Origin: Longimicrobiales bacterium
GTDB taxonomy: Bacteria; Gemmatimonadota; Gemmatimonadetes; Longimicrobiales; Gaopeijiaceae
NCBI GenBank assembly: GCA_965219445.1
Contig: CBDCNQ010000005.1
Location: 544,001-608,000 of the forward strand
Length of the DNA: 64,000 nt
Direction: 5' to 3'
The translations under genes were made by a program, and so were the position numbers. Numbering within the stretch: position 1 is the first letter of the stretch; every line of letters starts with the position of its first letter. Positions 33,436 through 43,272 of this stretch are shown here, in pieces. Below the pieces are notes generated by a model. The model saw nothing but the letters and a program-made list of their open reading frames with translations, did no database searches and had not been told where the DNA came from.

Positions 33436-33973
33436 GGCCATCGCGCGCACGCGGCCGGCAGGTCGCGCGCATCGGCGGCAACCTCAACCACCTCGGGGCA
33501 GTTTCGGGCTTGGTCGAGCGCCGACGCCGACCTCACTGGGACGACTTGCCGAGCCACCTAGCTGGTGAAAAGCCGCGACCGGCGGCCGGATTCGTTGATA
33601 CGCCGCGCTCGCAGCGGCGCTTGATGGCCTTCCCGCTAGGGATTGCTGGAGGGGAGCGACCCCCGGCGGAGGGTGGCATGGGCGTGCACATGCCAACCCT
33701 CCCCGATGCCGATCGAGGCATCCCGAAGGGGGGGGTCGCTCCCTTCTTCGGCCGAAAGCTCCGGAGCGGTGTCGCCGCTCCGGCGGCCGTGCCGCAACTG
33801 TAAGACAGGCAGCCACATACGGGAGCGCTGGCGCGCACATGGAAATGGCGTTTCGGTGCACATGCACCCCGTTGTCTGATGTGCATCAGGTCGCAGGTTC
33901 GTATCCTGCTACGCCCAAAGGACTTACGGGAATCGTTAGTCCGATTCCCGCTATTTGATTCCCGCTATTTGGG

Positions 33974-35137
33974 CTAAGAGCAGGCCCTCGGGCGGTCGTC
34001 GAGGGCCTTCCTGAGCTGGTCCTCGTCGGCCCGCTGGTAGCACTGGAGCACTGTCTGGGCCGTCTTCCAGCCGCCGAGTTGGCAGAGGACCTTGAGCGGC
34101 TGGTCCATGAGGTCGGAGGCGAACTTCCGCCTCAGTGAGTGCCAGCCGCGCCCACGCTTGGGTTCCAGCCCTGCGAGCACCTCGGCCTTCTCCCACCAGT
34201 CGCGGATCGGCCACTGGCCCACGCACATCGAGCCATCCTTGGGCGCGGGCAACACCGGAAGGTCCCCGATCCCGGGGTTCCGCCACCGCGCCTCTTCGAG
34301 GACGCCGAGCGCTTCGGCACTCACCGGGGTCCGGTGCTCGTAGCCGGTCTTCTCATGCTCGCCTCGCCACCGGATGACACGAGCTTCCATGTCGATGTCG
34401 GACCATCGCAACTGACGGATGGCACCGATGCGGTGTCCCGTCTCGTGCGCGAGCACGAGAGCGACGTGAAAGCGCCAGTCCACCTCCACGGACACCCGAA
34501 GCATGGCCTCGTATTCCGCCTCAGTGAGCAGCACCCGGATAGGATTCTTCTCCTTCGGCGTCTTGAGGCCCCTGAGGGGGTTGGACTCGAGCAAGAGCCT
34601 TCCCCTCTCGTCCCTCGACCTCGCGGCCCAGTTGAGGACCGAGAGCAGGAACTTGAGGTCCCGTTCGATCGTCCGGTTGGCCACCGGCTTGCCGCTGCGG
34701 CCGGCTCTGCCCGCCAGCCGCTCCCGGATGAACCGGTCCCAGTCGCGCTGGGACAGCGTGGCGGGGTCGCGCTTCCGTCCGAAGCATCCGAGGAACGTCC
34801 CCATTGTGGCTCTGTCGTACCTCTGGGACGGCTTCGTCTTGGTGGGCGTCACCTCTTCACCGTAGATGTCAAAAAGCGTCTCCAGGGTGAGTGGCTCGGG
34901 CTCGGCGTCCGCCTTGCGGTGGAGCTCCGGCCCGAGGTAGCCAGCGGCGAACTCGTCCGCCTGCCGCTTCGCGCGAGCCCAGTCGCGGTGCTTCAGCGAC
35001 CTTGTGAGCCTGCGCCCGTTCTCGCGCCACTCGATCTGGAACAAGCCGGTCTTGGGATCGGGAAAGACCCGTACCCGGTTCCGGCCCCATTCGCCGGCGC
35101 CGTAGGAGCGCCGGATAGGTTTCGTGCGTGCCATCAT
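33974..35137 (-). CDS. Tyrosine recombinase of ICE copy A
   Basis: ETGHRIGAI, WHSLRRKFAS, LGGWKT..Y; downstream tandem GATTCCCGCT arm-like repeats. Confidence 0.92.
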   Translation of the reverse strand: MMARTKPIRRSYGAGEWGRNRVRVFPDPKTGLFQIEWRENGRRLTRSLKHRDWARAKRQADEFAAGYLGPELHRKADAEPEPLTLETLFDIYGEEVTPTKTKPSQRYDRATMGTFLGCFGRKRDPATLSQRDWDRFIRERLAGRAGRSGKPVANRTIERDLKFLLSVLNWAARSRDERGRLLLESNPLRGLKTPKEKNPIRVLLTEAEYEAMLRVSVEVDWRFHVALVLAHETGHRIGAIRQLRWSDIDMEARVIRWRGEHEKTGYEHRTPVSAEALGVLEEARWRNPGIGDLPVLPAPKDGSMCVGQWPIRDWWEKAEVLAGLEPKRGRGWHSLRRKFASDLMDQPLKVLCQLGGWKTAQTVLQCYQRADEDQLRKALDDRPRACS

Positions 35138-35580
35138 TCGATTCCTCTCTCGATGATGGACTGCACGATCTGCGCGTTGGAAACTTCGCCTCGGCGATGC
35201 TTTTCCACCAGTCGCGGTGTGGCTGGCGCCTGGGTCTTCCGTGGCAGGATCGAGCGGGCGATCCTGGGCGCGCCGGGTCTTCCGGCGTTGGGGATCCTGC
35301 CGTCGCGCACGAGGCGGCCGAGATGGTCAGCGGAGTAGCCGCTCTCCCTGGCTGCCTCCGTCAGCGAGAGGGTGGTCTCGTCCCTCTCCCTGAGCGTGGC
35401 CTCGAGCTCGGCCGCGCAGCTTTCGAGCGCGACGGCCGGCGTCTCGCCCCCGTACCGGCGGAGCGCCTTGGCCTGCGTCCGCCAGGTGACTGGCAGGGTC
35501 TCGACGGACGCGCCGCGAGGTGTGCGCGCACGTTTGGGTCGATCTCGTCGGCCCGCCGCGCGCCCGGTCTCCGCGTTCAT
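35134..35580 (-). CDS. Small HTH protein, excisionase-like (copy A)
   Basis: LSLTEAARESGYSADHLGRLVRDGRIP; overlaps integrase start. Confidence 0.6.
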   Translation of the reverse strand: MNAETGRAAGRRDRPKRARTPRGASVETLPVTWRTQAKALRRYGGETPAVALESCAAELEATLRERDETTLSLTEAARESGYSADHLGRLVRDGRIPNAGRPGAPRIARSILPRKTQAPATPRLVEKHRRGEVSNAQIVQSIIERGIE

Positions 35581-35891
35581 TCCCAGTCGCCCTCGGCGTC
35601 TCTGCGGAGCGCGTCGGTGAGGGCCGGGTCGCCCTCGCCGCGCCGAACGGAGCGCTCGGCGAGATCGACGCGCCGGCCGAGGTCGGCGAGCCCGGCGGCG
35701 CGTGCGACGGCGTAGATGGCGGCCGCAACGGCTGCGAGTGCCAGCCCGGCGTGCACTGCGATCAAGACGCCGTGTTCGGCGAGGAGGAGCGGCCAATACG
35801 GCGCGAGGTATTCGAGGCGCGGCCCGGCGAGCAGCACGGCAGACCCCGCGATGGCGGCGGTGAGGCCGGCGCTGATTTTCCAGGGTTGCAT
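35577..35891 (-). CDS. Small membrane protein (copy A)
   Basis: Two hydrophobic segments; conserved in copy B. Confidence 0.7.
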   Translation of the reverse strand: MQPWKISAGLTAAIAGSAVLLAGPRLEYLAPYWPLLLAEHGVLIAVHAGLALAAVAAAIYAVARAAGLADLGRRVDLAERSVRRGEGDPALTDALRRDAEGDWE

Positions 35892-35909
35892 GGCGGGCCT
35901 CTCCCGTAG

Positions 35910-36812
35910 TCAGAGTTCGACTGCGGCCGGATCGCGGTCGGCGGGTCCCCGGAGCGAGGAGCGGTCGCCGCCGCCGCCCAGGCCGAGCGTGCGCAGCAGC
36001 CGCGCCGCGGCCGGTCCGTTGGCGTGGAGCGCGAACCCGGCCGCCGCTTTCGCCTTGATGGCCCCTTCGCGGTAGTTGCCGGACGCGACCTCGATGTTGA
36101 CGCGTCCAGCTCGCCCGTCGGCATCGGCGTACTCGATCTGGGCGTCCGGGTAGAGCACGTGCCCTTCGTCGTCGAGGGGGAGTCCGAGTTCGCCGGCGGT
36201 GCGGTGCCGTTCGGCATCGGCGGCCCGCTTGCCGTCCTTCAGCCGCGCCGCCTCGCTGCCGCGCGCGACGGCGCTCTTGAGTTCGGTGTCGAGCCGGATG
36301 CGCCGCACTGCTGCGCCCCGGTCGAGCAGCCGCTGTTTCTCCTTCATGCAGGCGCGGTAGACGGCGGTGTCGTGCGCGGCCTCGGCAGGCCGGGTGCGGG
36401 CGAACCGGATTTCCTGGCTGGGATCGATTCCCCGTTCGGCTGCCCGCTTCCGAGCTTCGGCCACGCCGCTGCGGGTGAGCGTCAGGACCTTGAACGGGTT
36501 GCCCTTGGGTCCGGTGGCCGTGGTCTCGGTGACGAGCCCTTCCCGTACCCAGGCGTTCACGGCCCGCCGGGTGGTGTAGGGGTGTCCGCCGAAGTGGGCC
36601 TCGGCCAGATCGCGGTACGAGACGGCGCCGTAGACGCCGATGTCGGCGAGCCCGCGCGCGCACCGTTCGGGGAAGGAGGTGGACCCGCGGTCCCTGCTCG
36701 CGGCGTATTCTCGGCGATGGCCGTCCCGCATGCGGTAGCGATTGCGGCTGGGTGGCGCGGCGGTCCGCGGGTCCGGTTCGACCGTGCGGTCGAACATCTC
36801 CTGGCTCCTCAC
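35910..36812 (-). CDS. wHTH protein, possible replication-relaxation (MOBC-like) family (copy A)
   Basis: wHTH-like N-terminus, AHD motif, PDAQIEY...NIEV PD-(D/E)xK-like segment. Confidence 0.5.
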   Translation of the reverse strand: MRSQEMFDRTVEPDPRTAAPPSRNRYRMRDGHRREYAASRDRGSTSFPERCARGLADIGVYGAVSYRDLAEAHFGGHPYTTRRAVNAWVREGLVTETTATGPKGNPFKVLTLTRSGVAEARKRAAERGIDPSQEIRFARTRPAEAAHDTAVYRACMKEKQRLLDRGAAVRRIRLDTELKSAVARGSEAARLKDGKRAADAERHRTAGELGLPLDDEGHVLYPDAQIEYADADGRAGRVNIEVASGNYREGAIKAKAAAGFALHANGPAAARLLRTLGLGGGGDRSSLRGPADRDPAAVEL

Positions 36813-36818
36813 CGACCG

Positions 36819-37847
36819 TCAGCGGCGCGGCCCGAAGGTCCGCTGCGGCACGGGGAGCGGCGGCACGGGATGGACGATTCGCCCCGGCGCGGGCGCGCGG
36901 GTCGCGGCCACGGCCGCGGGTTCGCGCACGGCCTCGCGCTCGCGGTGCCGCGAGAGCACGAAGTCGGAGATCTTCTGCGAGTCGGCGGCGGCGCGGCGGA
37001 TCTCGCGGGGGTCCTCCTCGAGTGCGGCGATCCAGCCCTCGACGTACGCGGCGCCCCGGCTCGGGTCATGGCCGACGCCCGCGCGCTCGCCCGTCATCAT
37101 GGCACTGATTTCGGCGCGGAGCTCCTCCTTCGCATAGGCCGGCGAGGCGAACCCTTCAGAGATCCCTTGGGTGAGCGTCTCGCGGTTCATGCGTTCCGGG
37201 TGGCCGGTGCTGTGCCCCAGCTCGTGTAGCGCGGTCTGGTAGTAGTGGTTGGCGGAGGGGAACTGTCCACGCTCGGGCAGCACGATCTCGTCGCGGTTCA
37301 GGTTGTAGAACGCCCGGTCGCCCGCCACGTGACGGACGGGGACCCCGCTGTCCTCGAGGACGCGTTCGGCCTCCTGGTGGACCTTCCAGAGCGGCTCGGC
37401 GGTGGGGTTGGCGCGCGCGGGCAGCCCGTCGGCCTGCTCGGCGTTGAACACGGTGTACTGGCGGACGACGGGCGTGGGCAGGCGCTCGTGGCGGTAAACG
37501 CGCTTGCCTTCGTTGTCCCTCTTGGGCCGCCCGCGCTCGTCGTTGACGGCGAACTTCCGGTGGTCCTGGAACGAGAGGATGCGAGTGCCCTGCTCGCCCT
37601 TGCGCACCTGTCCGTCCCGGGCTTGGATCTGGCGGTAGGTGCCCCAGCGCACGTCGCCGTAGCCGCGCTCCTGGGCCACGGCGGCGAGATGCAGGCTGTT
37701 CCCGCCCCTGTAGGAGCGGCCCGTATCGACGTTGGAGGGGAGCACGCGCTCGCCCGGCCCCCAGGGCTTCTGCCAGAGCGCGGTGCCCTGGCGGATCTGC
37801 TCGATGATGGCGTCGGCGAACTGGCGGTGATATTCGTCGTGTTTCAT
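36819..37847 (-). CDS. ardC: ArdC-like antirestriction/ssDNA-binding protein (copy A)
   Basis: WQKPW, YRGGNSL, WGTYRQ, VRKGEQG, VFNAEQ, LHELGHSTGH, YAKEELRAE. Confidence 0.9.
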   Translation of the reverse strand: MKHDEYHRQFADAIIEQIRQGTALWQKPWGPGERVLPSNVDTGRSYRGGNSLHLAAVAQERGYGDVRWGTYRQIQARDGQVRKGEQGTRILSFQDHRKFAVNDERGRPKRDNEGKRVYRHERLPTPVVRQYTVFNAEQADGLPARANPTAEPLWKVHQEAERVLEDSGVPVRHVAGDRAFYNLNRDEIVLPERGQFPSANHYYQTALHELGHSTGHPERMNRETLTQGISEGFASPAYAKEELRAEISAMMTGERAGVGHDPSRGAAYVEGWIAALEEDPREIRRAAADSQKISDFVLSRHREREAVREPAAVAATRAPAPGRIVHPVPPLPVPQRTFGPRR

Positions 37848-38044
37848 AGCTCTTCCTCCTCGGGGCCGTGCGGATCCTCTGCGGCGTCGCGGATCTCGTC
37901 CTCGCTGCCCACGTCCTCGGAGAAGAGGCCGTACTCTTCGGCCAGCGAAGCCGGCACCTCGAGCGCCTCGCCTCCGTCGCGCGCGAGCTCGCGGTCGAAG
38001 CCGTCGAGCGTCTCGACGCGAACGATGTTCTCGTCGCCTTTCAT
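37844..38044 (-). CDS. Small acidic protein (copy A)
   Basis: Conserved with 47956..48153; overlapping start/stop codons. Confidence 0.6.
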   Translation of the reverse strand: MKGDENIVRVETLDGFDRELARDGGEALEVPASLAEEYGLFSEDVGSEDEIRDAAEDPHGPEEEEL

Positions 38045-39048
38045 GGGTTCACCTCCTTGGTGTGTGGGTGCTGTTCTTGCGGGGCTTCGTCGGCCCCGCT
38101 CCAGATCGGTTCGGCGATCCAGCGGCCCTTGGCCGCGTCGTAGCCGCGCACTTCGAGCGCCTCCTCGACGAAGCGCCTGCCCCGTTGCCGGGCCGTGTGC
38201 AGCACAAGTGCGATCCCGTCCACGACGCCCCGGCAGGTGACCTCCCAGGGAAGCGCGCCTTCGGCCTGCATGGCGCAGCTCGCTAGGCGCGAGAGCGCGG
38301 AGCGGGCGTTGTTCGCGTGGATGGTGGTCAGCGAGCCGCCGTGGCCGGTGTTGAGCGCCTGCAGCAGATCGGCGGCCTCGCCGCCCCTGACCTCGCCGAC
38401 GACGATGTGGTCGGGCCGGTGGCGCAGCGCGTGCCGCACCAGGTCGCGGACCCGTACGGAGGTCTCGGTGCCGACAGCCCCGGCCTCGAAGCGGAGGCAG
38501 TTGGCGCGCTCGATCCTGAGCTCGAGCGTGTCCTCGATGGCGACGATCCGCTCGTCTTCGGGCAGCAACTCGATCAGCGCGTTCAGGAGCGTCGTCTTGC
38601 CCGAGCCCGTGCCTCCGGAGACCAGGATGTTCCTGCGGGCCAAGAGGGCCGACCGGGCGGCCCCGAGGACCGTCTCCGGCAGCGAGCCCATGCGCACCAG
38701 GTCCTGAGCCGAGAACGCGCGGCCCCCGAACCGGCGTATGGTGATGGCGACCTCGGGACTCGCGGGCGGCGTGCAGATGGCGACCCTTGAGCCGTCCTCG
38801 AGACGGGCATCGAGGATGGGCCGTGTGGCGGGATCGAGGCCGAGCGGCCGGGCGATGTGGATCGCGGCGCGGTGGAGCCAGGCGGCGGTGAGTGCCGGCG
38901 CCTCGTGGGGCTCGAGTCGGCCGCCTCGCTCGATCCAGACGTTGCCGGGTCCGTTGATCATGATCTCGGAGACCTCCGGGTGCTCAAGGAGCGTCTCCAG
39001 GCCCGGAAGGAACGGCTTCAGGTGCCCGATCCCGCTTGCGCGCTTCAT
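38041..39048 (-). CDS. VirB11/CpaF-type ATPase (copy A)
   Basis: SEIMING, SGGTGSGKTT, IEDTLEL, LRHRPDHIVVGEVRG, NTGHGGS. Confidence 0.93.
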   Translation of the reverse strand: MKRASGIGHLKPFLPGLETLLEHPEVSEIMINGPGNVWIERGGRLEPHEAPALTAAWLHRAAIHIARPLGLDPATRPILDARLEDGSRVAICTPPASPEVAITIRRFGGRAFSAQDLVRMGSLPETVLGAARSALLARRNILVSGGTGSGKTTLLNALIELLPEDERIVAIEDTLELRIERANCLRFEAGAVGTETSVRVRDLVRHALRHRPDHIVVGEVRGGEAADLLQALNTGHGGSLTTIHANNARSALSRLASCAMQAEGALPWEVTCRGVVDGIALVLHTARQRGRRFVEEALEVRGYDAAKGRWIAEPIWSGADEAPQEQHPHTKEVNP

Positions 39049-39581
39049 ATCCGTCCCTCCTCGCGGAGCCGCCAGTAGCCCACGTCCCTCGGCAGGTAGT
39101 GGGGTTTCAGGTAGACGCGCCGGGCAGGGAGCGACTTCGTGCCGTCGTATGGCAGGCAGATCGCCTGATAGTTGGCGAGCAGGCTGAAGTCCCGGGGCGT
39201 GAACACGGGCTCCCTCTGCTGCCGGAACGACTTGCTCGCGCCGATCGTGCCGCGGCCCCCTCCGGCTCGCCCGGACAAGAGCGAGAACTCGGGCCTGCCC
39301 GTGGTCTCGGTGAACGTGTAGGAGGGCTGCGTCTTCATGACGCTGCCGCACATCTCGGACGCGATCCGGGCCGACGACTCGTCGCTCAAGGACAGGAAGA
39401 TCCGGGTGCGGAGCGTCTGGAGGAGCGTGCGCCAGGCCTCGCCTCCGGGCAGCACGGAGCGGAGCGAGGAGATCGACTGCGTGGCGACGATCGGGACGCA
39501 GCGGCACTGCCGGGTGAGCGCGAACGCCTTCTCGTCGCCAGCGGGGTCGTCCTGGCCGACGGTCGCGAACGCCTGGTACTC
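39045..39581 (-). pseudogene. VirD4-like C-terminal fragment (from EYQ onward)
   Basis: EYQAFATVGQDD...IVATQSISSL; matches 3' part of 49155..51200. Confidence 0.9.
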
Positions 39582-39736
39582 CTTCCACGCACTGTCCATC
39601 TAGGTTCTAGGAAGTCCCATAAGACAAGTGAAGTGGTTGTAGGGGATATACTTACGTTATATTGCCATCTCAGTACGGCTGCTATGTTCCAAGACTGAAA
39701 GGGTGATCCACAGGGTGATCGCAAAAGGGTGACCAC

Positions 39737-40897
39737 ATGGGCAGACACGGCAAGAAACTCACTGCCGCCTTCGTGCGGAGCGTCCAGGAACCGGGGCTGT
39801 ATTGGGACGAGCACGGCCTCGTGCTACGGGTCAAGCCGTCCGGCTACAAGCAGTGGGTCCAGCGACTGTTCATTCACGGCAAGCGCAGGGAGTTGGGGCT
39901 CGGTTCGGTCCGCCTCGTGACGCTGGCCGAGGCGCGGGACGCGGCGCTGGCCAACCGCAAGGTGGCCCGCGCGGGCGGCGATCCGAGGACGAAGCGGCAC
40001 AGTTCAGTGCCGACGTTCGAGCGGGCGGCGGCCAAGGTCTTCGCCATGCACCGTCCGACCTGGACCGACAGGCACGCGGGCCAGTGGATGGCGACGCTGC
40101 GCGCCTATGCGTTTCCCGGGATCGGGGGGAAGCGGGTGGACCGGATCGCGCCCGCCGACGTCATGGGGGTGCTGCTTCCGGTCTGGAACGGGAAGCACCA
40201 GACGGCCAAGCGGGTCCGCCAGCGGATTTCGACGGTGATGCGGTGGGCGATCGCGCAGGGCTACCGCATGGACAACCCCGCGGGCGATGCGATCGGCGCC
40301 GCGCTGCCGAGGCCTCCGCGCGTCCAGAAGCACTACAAGGCGCTACCCTACGGGGAAGTGGCCGGGGCGATTGACGCGATCCAGCGATCCGAGGCAAGGG
40401 TGACGGTGCAGCTGGGCTTCGAGTTTCTGGTGCTGACGGCCTGCCGGTCGGGCGAGGTGCGTGGGGCTCGCTGGGAGGAGGTCGACCTGGAGGGCGGAGT
40501 GTGGACGATCCCGGCGGAGCGGATGAAGAGCCGGCGGGAGCACCGGGTGCCGCTGTCGGCGCGGGCGAGGGAGATCCTGGCCGAGGCGAAGGCGCACGCG
40601 CCTCGTTCGGAGTGGGTGTTCCCGTCCGTGCGGGGGCTGGTGCTGCCGAGCTTCGAGTTCGCGGGCCTGCTCAAGGCGCTCGGGATCGCGGCCGTGCCGC
40701 ACGGCTTCCGCTCCAGCTTCCGGGACTGGACGGCGGAGCGCACCGACGCGCCGCACGCGGTCATGGAGGCGGCGCTGGCGCACGCGGTCCGCAACAGGGT
40801 GGAGGCCGCCTACGCCCGCTCGGACCTGTTCGAGCGCCGCCGCGTCCTGATGGAGCAGTGGGCGGGCTACCTGGCTGGCGAGCGTCGACACGCGTAG
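39737..40897 (+). CDS. Tyrosine integrase (arm-binding type) of the satellite
   Basis: GLVLRVKPSG, ELGLG, TACRSGEVRG, HGFRSSFRDW, EAALAH, AYARSDL. Confidence 0.95.
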   Translation: MGRHGKKLTAAFVRSVQEPGLYWDEHGLVLRVKPSGYKQWVQRLFIHGKRRELGLGSVRLVTLAEARDAALANRKVARAGGDPRTKRHSSVPTFERAAAKVFAMHRPTWTDRHAGQWMATLRAYAFPGIGGKRVDRIAPADVMGVLLPVWNGKHQTAKRVRQRISTVMRWAIAQGYRMDNPAGDAIGAALPRPPRVQKHYKALPYGEVAGAIDAIQRSEARVTVQLGFEFLVLTACRSGEVRGARWEEVDLEGGVWTIPAERMKSRREHRVPLSARAREILAEAKAHAPRSEWVFPSVRGLVLPSFEFAGLLKALGIAAVPHGFRSSFRDWTAERTDAPHAVMEAALAHAVRNRVEAAYARSDLFERRRVLMEQWAGYLAGERRHA

Positions 40898-41340
40898 GCC
40901 GGTGCCCAGCCGCCGAGGGGCGATCCGTTGAGGCCCGATCCGAGGCCGATCCACGGCTGGCTCATGACCCCTTAAGGGTCAAGAGCCAGCATACCCCTTG
41001 GGGCCACGCTTCGCGGGTCCCCGGCAAGGGCTGGCGAGGGGCTCCGCCCCTTCGACCCCCGACAGGTCCGCGCTCCGGCGGAGCGCGCAGTCGGGGGCTC
41101 CGCCCCCCTTCCCCCGGTGCGTCCCGACCGTGGGGGCTATTGAGAACGGTATACCGCTTCACGTTCAGCCCGCCGGTCGAGACCATCCTGCACCGCGTGT
41201 CCGGGTCGTCCCACAGGTGCGCGACTCTCCCGCGCTTTCGTCGGATCAGGTAGAGCTGCGTCCCCGGGTCCCCTTCGGTCACCGTGAGCGTCGTCTCCGC
41301 ACGCCCGCGACCCTGTTGGTTGCCGCCCGTTCACCCCCAC

Positions 41341-42183
41341 TCACGATCCGCCCGCCTTCGAGGGGCGTTCCGGCCACCACATGCAGAACATGAAGGCGAC
41401 CATAAAGAGACGTTGCAGCACCCACGTCATGAAGGCGATGAAGGCGAGCCAGAACAGGACCGACAGCGCGACTCCCGAAACGCCTCCCGCGAGCGCAGCC
41501 ACCAGATCGTCTTCCGCGAGCGTGGGCAGCCTCAGGACGAACTCGGCCAGCCCCCACGAAACGAGGGCGATGAAAGCGAGGATGAGAGCGAGCGTGAACG
41601 GCACCGCTAGAACGGCCGCGAGTGTGGGCAGCCTTAGGACGATCACGCCTCCTCCCCCGTGTCCGGAGCCGTTGCGGATTGCGCGGCCGTTCCCGTCGTC
41701 GCCGCGGTCTGCGTGGCCGTTCCCAGTGCCGCTGCGGGTCGCATCGCCGTCCCCGGAGCCGTCGTGGACCGCGTGGCCGTCCCCGGAGCCGTCGCGGATC
41801 GCGTGGCCATGGCCGGAGCCGCCGCGGAACGCGTGGCCGTGGCCGGAGCCTTCGCGGATCGCATCGCCGTCCCCGAAGCCTTCGCGGATTGCGCGGCCGT
41901 TCCCGGAGCCTTCGCGGATCGCATCGCCGTCCCCGAGGCCGTTGCGGATCGCGCGGCCGTGGCCGGAGCCGCTGCGGATTGCGTGGCCGTGTCCGGGGCC
42001 GGTCATCATCAGCGCACCATCCGCATCGCCGTACATATCGACGGTCAGGCGGTCGCCCTCGGGCACCGTCACGTGCAGGACCGTGCCGGTCGCCTCGACC
42101 GTTGCCCGCACCGTGGACGCCGGAAGCCCGAGCGTCTCTCGCAAGCTCGCCGCCGAGTGACTGACCGATCCGTCGCCGCTCAC
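41341..42183 (-). CDS. Membrane protein with ~11 tandem decapeptide repeats (G-x-G-x-A-I-R-x-G-S)
   Basis: 30-nt tandem repeats ~41655-42000; hydrophobic C-terminal helices. Confidence 0.65.
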   Translation of the reverse strand: MSGDGSVSHSAASLRETLGLPASTVRATVEATGTVLHVTVPEGDRLTVDMYGDADGALMMTGPGHGHAIRSGSGHGRAIRNGLGDGDAIREGSGNGRAIREGFGDGDAIREGSGHGHAFRGGSGHGHAIRDGSGDGHAVHDGSGDGDATRSGTGNGHADRGDDGNGRAIRNGSGHGGGGVIVLRLPTLAAVLAVPFTLALILAFIALVSWGLAEFVLRLPTLAEDDLVAALAGGVSGVALSVLFWLAFIAFMTWVLQRLFMVAFMFCMWWPERPSKAGGS

Positions 42184-42568
42184 GATCCGCCCGCCTTGAA
42201 CTCAGGCGCGTACCTCCGTCCGCTCCCCGACATCCTGACACCTCCCATTGAAATCCAACGCTTCAAAGTGTACAACAAATCGGGGGCCGTGCCCGATCGT
42301 CGCACCGTCACCGTCGCCGGTCGAGCTCGCCGGCCGACGGGCCGCAGCGACTGTCGCTGGCGCTGTCGGCACCGCTGCGGCAGGCCATGGCGCACACGCG
42401 GACGTGGACCGCTTCGGCGGACCGCGGCCTCCTGGGGGATCGAAGGGGGGCAAAGCGCCCCCCTCGCCAGATCGCAATGTTTGACATTGCGTGGGCTGGC
42501 TTACGCACCTTAAGGGGCGTGAGCCAGCGCTTCCACCCACGGCCAGCGACGCGGTCGTGGCGGGCAGG

Positions 42569-42901
42569 CTACGGCTTGCCAACGGCCTCCAAGGGCTCCC
42601 CCGTGACGGACGAGCTGTGGCCTCGGTCCACCTGCCTGCGGAGGTGTCTCGACGGTTGGAAGACGGGCACCGCGCGGGGCGGGACCTCCACAGGTTTGCC
42701 GGTCCTGGGGTTGCGGGCCTTGCGGCCCTTGCGGTGCCGCACCTTGAAGGTGCCGAAGCCCCGGAGCTCGATGCCCTCCCCGTGCGCAAGCGCGTCCTTC
42801 ACAGCGTCGAGGAAGGCGTCGACCACCAGCCCGCAGTCCCTCTTGGTGACTCGCGGTCCAACCGCATCGGCGACCTGCTCGACCAGGTCTGCCTTGGTCA
42901 T
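42569..42901 (-). CDS. HU/IHF-family DNA-binding protein
   Basis: MTKADLVEQVA...IELRGFGTFKVR...ARNPRTG...VPVFQPS. Confidence 0.93.
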   Translation of the reverse strand: MTKADLVEQVADAVGPRVTKRDCGLVVDAFLDAVKDALAHGEGIELRGFGTFKVRHRKGRKARNPRTGKPVEVPPRAVPVFQPSRHLRRQVDRGHSSSVTGEPLEAVGKP

Positions 42902-43272
42902 AATCCCCTTCTCCTCGCCCGAAGTGTGGCCAGGGTCCCGTCGCTCATCATGATAACTTGCAGGGACGCGCGATGTGGTCGCGGCTTTCGGGTTGCCGGT
43001 TGCTTCACTGGACAGCCGCCCTGCGGGCCGGCCATTTTGAGAGGCGTGTCTCATCCCCGAGATGCGGCCGCTGTCGAACTTGAGTTGCCGGGAGTCGCTA
43101 TGGGACGAGGCCGGGTCCCACGGGACGGCCGAACGACCGAACGGCGAACGGTACTGCTCCATGGGATTCTGCTATCCGCCGTGCAAAGGGTGATCGCAGG
43201 GGTGATCGATGGGGAGAAAGCGACATCATAACTAATTATGGAATATAGAGTTATGACATATAGTTTATCGGA

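Noticed and set aside
41655..42000. CRISPR array
   Set aside because: Contiguous degenerate 30-nt coding repeats with no spacers and no cas genes.
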